IMG/VR virus record: IMGVR_UViG_3300049050_000028
Coordinates: 1-31,728 of that record
Reading direction: 5' to 3' (one strand)
Length of the DNA stretch: 31,728 nt
Origin: a virus
Taxonomy: Duplodnaviria; Caudoviricetes
Of the stretch, positions 24,585 through 31,728 are shown piece by piece (position 1 is the stretch's first letter; each line of letters opens with the position of its first letter). The position numbers and the translations under genes are program-made. The notes under the pieces were generated by a model. It worked only from the letters and a program-made list of their open reading frames with translations. It did no database searches and was not told the DNA's origin.

Positions 24585-25061
24585 TCAACCCCCGACCGAA
24601 TACCACTGCTTTGCGACCGAGCCGGCGCTGTCCAGCAGCGAGGCGTAAGTCGCGAAAGCCGGGCTGATGTTGCTGGCCTGCATCTGGTACAGCCCCGCCT
24701 GCGCCTGTGCGTTGCTGCCCTGCACTCGGTGCGCCCACACTTCGCGGTCGGCGTTGTTCTTCAGCGTGATGGAGTCCGACTGTGCGAACAGGTCGGTATC
24801 GCCGAGCAGCGCGAGCGCGGACCCTTCGCCCATGTCCACGCCGCTCGAGGCCAGCGCCGCGCGCTGCGTTCCGGCCAGGCGCGCGTACTTGCGCCGGCTT
24901 TCCATTTCGGCGTGAGCGCCGCGCTCGGCCGCGTCCTTGGCCTGCCACTCGGAAATCGTGGCGTTGTTGCGCGCGACCTCAGCCTGATACCGCGCGGCGT
25001 TCTTCGCCCCCTGCGCGCCGGAGAAGGCGCCGAAAGCATTGACGAACATCGATCCGCACAT
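24585..25061 (-). CDS. Internal virion protein, T7 gp14-like
   Basis: MCG start, Ala/Gln-rich, QRAALASSGVDMGEGSAL motif. Confidence 0.8.
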   Translation of the reverse strand: MCGSMFVNAFGAFSGAQGAKNAARYQAEVARNNATISEWQAKDAAERGAHAEMESRRKYARLAGTQRAALASSGVDMGEGSALALLGDTDLFAQSDSITLKNNADREVWAHRVQGSNAQAQAGLYQMQASNISPAFATYASLLDSAGSVAKQWYSVGG

Positions 25062-25063
25062 CG

Positions 25064-25519
25064 TCAGGCCCCCATCTCGAATCGGTAAAAAGTCACATCG
25101 CTCAGCCCCATGCGGCGTGGTTCGCGGATGCTGAAGCCGAGCCGGCGAAGCCATCGGATGCTGCGGGCGTTGCGGGCGTCCACGAAGTTTTCCAAATGGC
25201 TAAACTCGTTTTGCAAAACGCTAATGTAGCCGGGGGCCAGCCGCATAAGCGAACGGGAATTGCGGTCGAGAACGTCGGTGCCCAGCATCCACGGCGCGCC
25301 GCTGCCGCTCAGCAGGCAGCGCGGCACCGCGCCGAAGATGCACGCAAGCTCGCCGTCGACCAGGGCGACGGCCAGCAGCGCCGAGCGCTCGGCGCTGCGC
25401 CTGATCGTCTCGAGCGTATCGGGCCCGGACATCGCCACAATCTCGGCACGGTCGGCCGCCCGCAGGCGCGCGTCGAGCGCTTCGCAGTCGCCGGCGCGCA
25501 GCTCGCGGACCTCAACCAC
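25064..25519 (-). CDS. T7 gp13-like / GNAT-fold protein
   Basis: LRAADRAEI, PWMLGT, LENFVDARNARSIRWLRRLGF. Confidence 0.85.
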   Translation of the reverse strand: MVEVRELRAGDCEALDARLRAADRAEIVAMSGPDTLETIRRSAERSALLAVALVDGELACIFGAVPRCLLSGSGAPWMLGTDVLDRNSRSLMRLAPGYISVLQNEFSHLENFVDARNARSIRWLRRLGFSIREPRRMGLSDVTFYRFEMGA

Positions 25520-27797
25520 TGACCTCGACCTCCAGCGCCAGGCCGAGCACGGACAGCGGCAGCGGGTCGGCCTGGCGCACGCACACCGTGCCGTCGCGCT
25601 GCCAGGTCGGGTCGAGCGGCACCTCGACCTCGCGCGTCTGCAGCGACGGCGGCGAGCCGTAGGGCTCGGTCGTGCGAATCTTGGCCTCGCGCAGCTTCGT
25701 GAACGAGGGGCCGACGAAGATGCCGCTCGACTTGTCCACGCGAAGGAAGGCGCGGTTCACGTTCTTGACCATGCCGCGGCCAGCCGCCGGCGCCGCCTCG
25801 ACCGTCAGCGGCAGCGTTTCAAGGTCGGACGTGATCGGCAGGCCGACGTGCACGACGCTGGCCGCCGCGGGCAGCGTAATGCTGCCATTGGTGACGGTGA
25901 GCCCGCGCACGACCGCGCCGTCTGCCAGCGCGACGACGGACTCGCCTTCCAGGTGCCACAGGCCGGTGATCGTCGAGGCCGCGGCGCCGTTGTAGGTGTC
26001 GCCCGCGTCGACGAAGAAGCGGTAAACCTGCTCGTCGGGCCGGCGCTCTTTCATGCGCTCGATGAGCTTGACGCTGCGCCCGTTGATCGTGCGCGCGACG
26101 ACAGCATAGAGAATGTCCTCGGAGCCCTCGGCGACGACGGCCACAGACTTGAACAGCCCGTCAGTCTCGTGCTGGTGCCAGCCGTAGACGCGGTGCTCGG
26201 GCACGTACGTCATCCCCAGCAGCGTGCCGTCGCCGCGCACCGCCCATGCCGTCTGGTAGGGCGCGGTCTGGTAGGCCATATCGACGATGGTCTCGGCGTC
26301 GAACAGGTGCGGCGCCAGCAGCGACACGTCGTTCGCCTGGTAGCCGTTGCGCTCCCACGAGTACGACATCTCGCGGATGTGCGCGCCGCGGCCCTGCGCG
26401 AACAGCACCGACGTCGACGTGAGCAGCGGCTTGACCTGGGCGGCGCCGACGAATGACTGCGCCCGCACCTTCAGCGTCGACGGGGTCAGCGCGTCGGCGT
26501 CGGTGAACGCCCGCCACTCGGCGCCGTTGGTGAGCATCAGCAAATCCTGCAGCGGCAGCAGGTACTGGATTCGGTTCTGCTGCGCGGCCTTGATGCGGTA
26601 GAAGATGGCGTCATCGTCCTGCACCGGGATCGACGTGGTGAGGTTCGACTCGGTGCCGGGGCGAGTCAGCCACACGTTCTGCGGCCGGTTGTCGGTAGCC
26701 GCGAACACGCGGCGCTGCTCGAAGTACCCGACCGCGGCGGGGTAGTCGCCGGCCGCGTTGAACGGGTTGCTGCCCACCGGCGGCGTGCGCAGCGTGTCGG
26801 CGGTGTAGTTGGTGTCGCGGAACGCCGAGCCGTCGGTCTGCCCGATGTAGCCATACAGGCCGTTGCTCAGCTTGTAGATGTTGAAGCGCGACGCGCCGCT
26901 CACCGCCGGCGGGTCGACGTCGATGTAGTTGCCGGCGACGGTGAGGTCGAGCGATACGTTGGCCGAGGCCGAGGCGAACGATTCCTCGTTGCTGTCGTTC
27001 ACCGCCGTGCACACGTAGGTGTGGGTGATCGGCGTGCCGCCGCCGGGGCCGCCAGTGGTCAGCGTGGGCGCGGCCGGCGTGGTGATCGTCGGCGCGAATG
27101 TGATGGTCGCCAGCTGCCAGTTCGTCGCGCCCAGGCGCTGCAGTTCGCGCGGCGCGTGGCTCGGGTGCACCAGCGTCATGATGTCGGCCGACTGGGTGTA
27201 ATCCAGGTCGAACACCTGGTCGCTGGTGTAGGGCGTGGTGACCGTGTAGACGCGCGCCGTCGTGCCGCCGGCGGTGTAGGCGCCCATCGCTGTCGTGTTG
27301 ATGTTCGCGCCGCCGAGGTCGGTGAGCTCGAACGTGTTGGCGCCGGCGTCGACGTTCGCCACCTTCACGAAGCGGCCGTTCAGTGCCGTCATGCCGCCGA
27401 TGCCCGACAGGAACATCCAATCGCCGTTGGCCGGGTCCGCGCCGACGTAGGTGAGCACGCCCGGGTTCGCCTGGGTGATGCCGCTGATCGCGAGGCCGGT
27501 CTCGAGCAGCGTGCCGCCGGCAGTGTGGAACCGCACGTACAGGTGCCCGAACTCCAGCACGTAGGTCTGCTCGTTGTTGAAGCTGAACGCGATGATGCGG
27601 ACGTTATTCGCGCTGTCCTTCGCCTCGAGGATGTGCTCGAACCCTGAGCGGTTGACGACGGGGCCGTGAGGGAGCACACGGAAGTTGCGGCAGGTCTTCA
27701 GGCCGGTCTGGAACTTGTCGATGTCCAGGCGGCCGGCCATCTCCGGCGCAATCTCGCCGCCAGCGAACGCGCGTTGCAGGGTGCGCACCGCGGTCAT
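25512..27797 (-). CDS. Tail nozzle (tail tubular protein B, T7 gp12-like)
   Basis: Start MTAVRTLQRAFAGGEIAP; YFEQRRVFA, GWHQH, VHVGLP, QADPLPLSVL motifs. Confidence 0.9.
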   Translation of the reverse strand: MTAVRTLQRAFAGGEIAPEMAGRLDIDKFQTGLKTCRNFRVLPHGPVVNRSGFEHILEAKDSANNVRIIAFSFNNEQTYVLEFGHLYVRFHTAGGTLLETGLAISGITQANPGVLTYVGADPANGDWMFLSGIGGMTALNGRFVKVANVDAGANTFELTDLGGANINTTAMGAYTAGGTTARVYTVTTPYTSDQVFDLDYTQSADIMTLVHPSHAPRELQRLGATNWQLATITFAPTITTPAAPTLTTGGPGGGTPITHTYVCTAVNDSNEESFASASANVSLDLTVAGNYIDVDPPAVSGASRFNIYKLSNGLYGYIGQTDGSAFRDTNYTADTLRTPPVGSNPFNAAGDYPAAVGYFEQRRVFAATDNRPQNVWLTRPGTESNLTTSIPVQDDDAIFYRIKAAQQNRIQYLLPLQDLLMLTNGAEWRAFTDADALTPSTLKVRAQSFVGAAQVKPLLTSTSVLFAQGRGAHIREMSYSWERNGYQANDVSLLAPHLFDAETIVDMAYQTAPYQTAWAVRGDGTLLGMTYVPEHRVYGWHQHETDGLFKSVAVVAEGSEDILYAVVARTINGRSVKLIERMKERRPDEQVYRFFVDAGDTYNGAAASTITGLWHLEGESVVALADGAVVRGLTVTNGSITLPAAASVVHVGLPITSDLETLPLTVEAAPAAGRGMVKNVNRAFLRVDKSSGIFVGPSFTKLREAKIRTTEPYGSPPSLQTREVEVPLDPTWQRDGTVCVRQADPLPLSVLGLALEVEVSG

Positions 27798-27799
27798 GG

Positions 27800-28399
27800 T
27801 CAGCTCCGGGCCCGGATGTGCGCCGGGATGCGATCGGTGCGAGGCTCGTCGTGCTGTTCGTTCGAATCGACGCCGGTGGCCTCGCGGAACTTCTGCACGA
27901 ACATGGCGTAGAGCTCTTTCCGGGCCTGGCCGGTCGAGTCCTTTCGAATCGGCCCGACCACGTAGCTCGCGAGCAGCCACGACAGGCAGGTCACGAACAG
28001 CGGGTCGAACTTCGTGGTGTCGGTGATGCGCTGGGTGTAGACGAGCGAGGTGATTTCCTCGTGGGCGTAGATGCGTTGCCCCTCACGCTTGAAGATGGCG
28101 CCCTCGTCATCCTCGTCGGTGTCGCCGTCGCGCATCGCGCGCTGCACCTTCATGCACCCCGCCGGCAGGTTGTAGCTGTACTCCCACGCGGCGACGTCGC
28201 TGGCGAGCTCGGCGGGCGCGCTGCGCGTGGTGGCGAAGCCCCAGGTGTGCGCGACCAGCAGCTCGTCGCGGGCGATCGGGTAGAAGCGAGCGCAGTGTTC
28301 GGCCTGCACGCTGCCGTCGGGCGGCGAGATGGCGGAGATGTCGGCGCTGTCGCCGAAGTGCGAAAGCGCCAGGTTGCAGATGTCAACGACGGAAGCCAT
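27800..28399 (-). CDS. Head-tail adaptor (tail tubular protein A, T7 gp11-like)
   Basis: MASVVDICNLALSHFG, HTWGFAT, YNLPAGC, FDPLFVTCLSWLLA. Confidence 0.88.
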   Translation of the reverse strand: MASVVDICNLALSHFGDSADISAISPPDGSVQAEHCARFYPIARDELLVAHTWGFATTRSAPAELASDVAAWEYSYNLPAGCMKVQRAMRDGDTDEDDEGAIFKREGQRIYAHEEITSLVYTQRITDTTKFDPLFVTCLSWLLASYVVGPIRKDSTGQARKELYAMFVQKFREATGVDSNEQHDEPRTDRIPAHIRARS

Positions 28400-28402
28400 A
28401 GG

Positions 28403-29548
28403 TCAAAGCCCCATCCCCGTTGCGGGGTTCAAGGTGAGTCGGAAGGCGGCCGGCCCGGTGATGACAGCGCCGGAGTACGTGACCTGCACGGCCTTGCCGC
28501 TGAGCGTGTAGCTGCCGGCCGCGAGCGCCGCGGCGTAGGTGCGGCGCATGCTCAGGTCTTGGCCCGCGGTCGTGTAGGCGCCCTGCCCCACGGCCATCGT
28601 CTTGGGCCCGGCGCCGCTGTAGCTCAGCCCCACTGGCTGCCCGATCAGCTGGTAAATGCCGGTGCCGAGCGTGATGCTCAGGTCTGCCAGGGCGTCGGAA
28701 CCGGTCTGCGTGTAAGTGCCGCGGCCGATGACCATGCCGCGGCCGGGAAACAGCGTCACCGACTGGCCGGTGTAGGTGTAGCTGCCCTGCCCCATCGCGA
28801 GCGCACGGCCGCGCGCCAGCGCGATCGACTGGCCCGTGTAGGTGTAGCTGCCCTGGCCCACCGCGATCGTGCGCACCGCGCCGGAATAGCTCAGGCCGAC
28901 CGCCTGGCCGCTGTGGCTGTAAGTGCCCTGGCCGATCGCGATGGTGTAGCTGACGGTGGTGTTATCCGCGGACCACAAGACGATGCCGCCGCCGGCGGTG
29001 TCGCCATAGATGAAGACGCCGGCATAGCCGGCCGTCGTGATGCGCGCGGCGTCGGTGTCGTCGAACGTGGCGAACGTGCTGAAGCTGGTAGGGCTGGCGG
29101 CCAGCGCCTTCTCGACGGTCAGCGTCACGGTCGCGCCGGTGCCGCTGACCTTCAGGCGGCAGACGTCGCCGTCTGCGAACGAGCCCGCCGGCTGCGACAG
29201 GATCGTGTCGGACCCGGCGACCGTGCGCACCAGGTAGTTGTCGCTGCCGTTGCTGTCGAAGTGGTACGCGGTCGCGGCGCCGCTTTGGCAGCGCACGGCC
29301 GGGCCGATGTAGATGCCGTTCGAGATGTTCGCCGACGAGAAGACGACATCCGACCGGTGGTTCGCGTTGAACGCATCGGCGTTCCACCGCGCAATGTTGG
29401 TGACGCCGCCCGATCCGCCGGCCACATAGCCGGTGTTGTCGCCAACGTTGAATGTGCCCTGTACCAGGCTCCAGCTGGCCGAGTAGGTCGTCAGCGCCTG
29501 CGTGCCGCCGCTTGTCTGCAGGAAGGTGTCGCTCGCGGGCAGTGCCAT
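28403..29548 (-). CDS. Putative virion fibre/decoration protein with about seven GxGxYxxxGQ repeats
   Basis: Beta-rich N-terminal domain; C-terminal ~22-aa repeats. Confidence 0.7.
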   Translation of the reverse strand: MALPASDTFLQTSGGTQALTTYSASWSLVQGTFNVGDNTGYVAGGSGGVTNIARWNADAFNANHRSDVVFSSANISNGIYIGPAVRCQSGAATAYHFDSNGSDNYLVRTVAGSDTILSQPAGSFADGDVCRLKVSGTGATVTLTVEKALAASPTSFSTFATFDDTDAARITTAGYAGVFIYGDTAGGGIVLWSADNTTVSYTIAIGQGTYSHSGQAVGLSYSGAVRTIAVGQGSYTYTGQSIALARGRALAMGQGSYTYTGQSVTLFPGRGMVIGRGTYTQTGSDALADLSITLGTGIYQLIGQPVGLSYSGAGPKTMAVGQGAYTTAGQDLSMRRTYAAALAAGSYTLSGKAVQVTYSGAVITGPAAFRLTLNPATGMGL

Positions 29549-29549
29549 G

Positions 29550-30338
29550 TCATGGCGTCCACAGTGTCGGCCGGTTGGCGTTGACCCAGGCCGGGTGATT
29601 CCCGTTGCCCGACTTGTCGCTGATGTCGTCGGGCGTCGGGTTCAGGTTCACGTAGTGCAGCGAGGTGATGCCGTTGGCGGCGCAGTAGGCGCGCACCGCA
29701 GAGCTCGAGGTGAGCTGCCGCAGCGCGAGGATGTGCTCGATGCTCAGCTCGCCGGAGTAGACCTGCAGGCCGCGCAGCACCCCGTTCAGCGTCTCATTGC
29801 CGGGCGCCCACGGCGCATCGCCGAAGGTCAGGGCCGGGTCGGTTACGGCGGCGAAGCCATCGGCATAGGTCGGGTTCGTCGATCGGGTCAGGCTCTTGCT
29901 CGTGTCGCTCAGGTCGAAGTAGAACTTCGTGTGCAGCACCGAACCGGTGGCCGTTGCGATGAACGCTTGATCGCGGAACACGCCGTAGGGGTCGACGACC
30001 GTGCTCACGCCACCGTCGCCGGTGACGTAGTCGTCGCCCTCGACGGAAATCTCCCACTTGTGCGTCAAGCCGCCTGGGCCGCCATCCGGGTACGGGTGGG
30101 GGCCGTAGTAGCCGGCGCCGGTGAAGGACCCGCTCGGGCCCCAGAAGAACGTCGTGTAGTAGCTGGCCTGGTAGTCGTGCCGGGCCCGCCAGATGTACGT
30201 CGCGGGGAACGCCGGCAGCAACGCCGCGCCGGTGAAGTGGAAGGCTACGGTCCCTTCCGCCTCGGTGGCAGCGTTGCTCGGAAATAGAAGGCCGCTCAGC
30301 GCCTCAACGCTGTGCCCGATGCGCAGGCCTCGCCCCAC
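29550..30338 (-). CDS. Putative LamG/ConA-like beta-sandwich structural protein
   Basis: Aromatic/Thr-rich; LNGVLRGLQVYSGELS and DISDKSGNGNH resemble LamG-like domain ends. Confidence 0.6.
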   Translation of the reverse strand: MGRGLRIGHSVEALSGLLFPSNAATEAEGTVAFHFTGAALLPAFPATYIWRARHDYQASYYTTFFWGPSGSFTGAGYYGPHPYPDGGPGGLTHKWEISVEGDDYVTGDGGVSTVVDPYGVFRDQAFIATATGSVLHTKFYFDLSDTSKSLTRSTNPTYADGFAAVTDPALTFGDAPWAPGNETLNGVLRGLQVYSGELSIEHILALRQLTSSSAVRAYCAANGITSLHYVNLNPTPDDISDKSGNGNHPAWVNANRPTLWTP

Positions 30339-30339
30339 A

Positions 30340-30579
30340 TCACCGCCCCGGCGCCATCGCGCGGGCCAAGAACGCGATTTCCTTTTTCAGGTCGACCCAC
30401 TTCTCGCGGCCGCGGTTGTCGTCGATCTTGGCCGCGATCGCATGGGCCTGCGCCTGCAGCTCGCACACCTGGGCGTTGATCCGCGCGAGGTCGGCCTCGA
30501 GCGGCTCGTTGTTGCGGTTCACGAGGTCGCGCTTCGCGCACAGGCGCTCGTAGCGCAGCTTCATTTCGGCGATGCTCAT
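30340..30579 (-). CDS. Small coiled-coil hypothetical protein
   Basis: GGAG RBS; MSIAEMKLRYERL... heptad pattern. Confidence 0.7.
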   Translation of the reverse strand: MSIAEMKLRYERLCAKRDLVNRNNEPLEADLARINAQVCELQAQAHAIAAKIDDNRGREKWVDLKKEIAFLARAMAPGR

Positions 30580-30592
30580 GGTGTGCTCCGGG

Positions 30593-31018
30593 TCAGGAGT
30601 GCTGCCACACGCCGTTTGTGGCGTCGCAGTCCAGCGTGAAGGTCTCGCCGTCGGCCAGCGTGACATTCGAGCCGTAGTCCCAGTACGCGACCAGCGGGTC
30701 GGCCGGCGACGTCTGCGTGTCGTTGTAGAGGACCGGGTAACGGAAGGGGCCGATCGTTCCGCCCGCGGCGGTGATGACCTCGTCGGCGATGGTCACCTTC
30801 GCGGTGCCGCTCGTCTCGCTCAGCGTGACGGTGTCGGCCGTCGCGCCGCCGGCGGTGTAGCCGTTGCCGGCCGCAATCTCGGTGAGGTCGGCCTTCACCG
30901 TGTTCGTCGCCACCGGCGCGGTGTTCGTGAGCAGCCACTTGAAGGTGTGCGCCGACCAATCGTGCTTGGCCTTGTTGACCTGCTCGACGTAATCCTGGAA
31001 CTTGTTGTAGGTCGCCAT
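30593..31018 (-). CDS. Putative phage structural protein
   Basis: MATYNKF, LTNTAP, GNGYTAGG, IGPFRY, LVAYWDYG, TLADGETFT; GGAG RBS. Confidence 0.75.
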   Translation of the reverse strand: MATYNKFQDYVEQVNKAKHDWSAHTFKWLLTNTAPVATNTVKADLTEIAAGNGYTAGGATADTVTLSETSGTAKVTIADEVITAAGGTIGPFRYPVLYNDTQTSPADPLVAYWDYGSNVTLADGETFTLDCDATNGVWQHS

Positions 31019-31031
31019 TCGCGAGGCTCCG

Positions 31032-31268
31032 TCAGTACAAGGCCATCAGCCCTGTGGCGCTGGTGTCCGTGAAGTTCACGCGCTTGGGCGAGAACGGATA
31101 GATGTGCTTCGCGTCGACCGGGAACACCTCGACGTGGTCGTCGTCGCCGACCAGGGCGATTTCACCGGCGCCAGTGACGTAGATGCTGCGAGGCGGCGTC
31201 GGCAGGTTCACCGTGTCGCTCGGCGTGATCGCCGCCCAGCGCGTCGCGGGTTTCGTCTTCTCGCTCAT
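31032..31268 (-). CDS. Head-spike base protein, RcGTA Rcc01079-like
   Basis: AITPSDTVNL...RSIYVTGAG...KRVNFTDTSATGLMAL matches the family pattern as I recall it. Confidence 0.75.
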   Translation of the reverse strand: MSEKTKPATRWAAITPSDTVNLPTPPRSIYVTGAGEIALVGDDDHVEVFPVDAKHIYPFSPKRVNFTDTSATGLMALY

Positions 31269-31283
31269 GCAACTTCCCTCTAC

Positions 31284-31308
31284 GAAAGCAGGGGCGCGAG
31301 GCCCCTGC
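31284..31308 (-). terminator. Hairpin/weak intrinsic terminator after the capsid-region genes
   Basis: GCAGGGGC-N5-GCCCCTGC stem, followed by TTT on the - strand. Confidence 0.55.
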
Positions 31309-31332
31309 GTTTCAGCTACTGCCAGGCGTGCG

Positions 31333-31641
31333 TCAGACGAGGCCGCTGGCCTCGCTCGCTTCGGCGTTCTTCTGCCGCGCCACGCTCTGCGCCTTCTGCG
31401 GCTTCGTGTCGCCGTTGGTGGGCTCGGCCGACTTCGCCAGGGCGCGCTTGGCCGCGGCCGGGTCGTTGGCCGGCATCGCCCAGGCGGGCGGCTTCACCTT
31501 GCGGCGCTCGGTGCCCGTCTTGACGCCCTTCTCGTTGCGCACGACGCACTCGCGGGTCTCGTTCTCGTTGAACTCGAACTCGGTGCCGCGGCGGATGCGC
31601 TCGCCGGCGTAGAAGCCGGCGCGGATCGCGATCATCTTCAT
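31333..31641 (-). CDS. Hypothetical protein following cement gene
   Basis: AAGGGA RBS; AIRAGFYAGERIRRGTEFEF N-terminus, low-complexity tail. Confidence 0.75.
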   Translation of the reverse strand: MKMIAIRAGFYAGERIRRGTEFEFNENETRECVVRNEKGVKTGTERRKVKPPAWAMPANDPAAAKRALAKSAEPTNGDTKPQKAQSVARQKNAEASEASGLV

Positions 31642-31664
31642 GGTGTCCCTTCAGCTCAGCCGAA

Positions 31665-31728
31665 TCAGTTCGATGCGTCGGCGTACGGGGCCCACTTGCC
31701 CACGTCGTTCGTGAGGAAGGCGTTGATC
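31665..31728 (-). CDS. 3' end of probable Bbp16-like capsid cement protein (partial)
   Basis: ...INAFLTNDVGKWAPYADASN*; position upstream of the head-decoration and tail genes. Confidence 0.55.
   Translation of the reverse strand, partial: INAFLTNDVGKWAPYADASN

Larger units (their letters stand above)
1..31728. mobile_element. Temperate podovirus-like phage genome segment (BPP-1/epsilon15/APSE-like organisation), excised form with intact attP
   Basis: Replication genes (SSB, PolA, SNF2, VRR-NUC), integrase/Xis, lysis cassette, tailspike, ejection proteins, nozzle and adaptor; no host housekeeping genes; phage genes on both sides of the att core. Confidence 0.95.

Overview
The whole window is part of a GC-rich temperate phage genome with podovirus-type structural genes (BPP-1/epsilon15/APSE-like gene order). 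The + strand (1-10.9 kb) carries replication and early genes: DUF2815-type SSB, Gp49/66-family protein, SATG-repeat protein, family A DNA polymerase, a cluster of small and often Cys-rich ORFs, HNH, VRR-NUC, SNF2 helicase, DUF3310 and AlpA/Xis. The - strand (10.9-31.7 kb) carries the tyrosine integrase, lysis genes, tailspike, three ejection proteins, gp13-like protein, nozzle, adaptor, a putative head-spike module and the end of a Bbp16-like cement gene. An intact attP (five arm repeats, two IHF boxes) lies at about 12.15-12.45 kb, so this is the excised/virion configuration. Its core encodes HTPMMQQ, the conserved N-terminal motif of MutS, and the integrase-side arm supplies an open in-frame leader and a promoter. 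That promoter overlaps a degenerate copy of the TTTAGC-N4-GCTAAA palindrome found in two phage early promoters. Best hypothesis: a mutS-integrating phage that puts host mismatch repair under a phage regulator. Other highlights: an ADP-ribosyltransferase-like domain inserted in the 2048-aa ejection protein, an opposite-strand SGNH lipoprotein moron, a structured ~230-nt intergenic RNA candidate, a DnaJ-type zinc finger in the polymerase, and an uncalled 57-aa membrane protein. All family assignments are by motif recognition; no searches were run.
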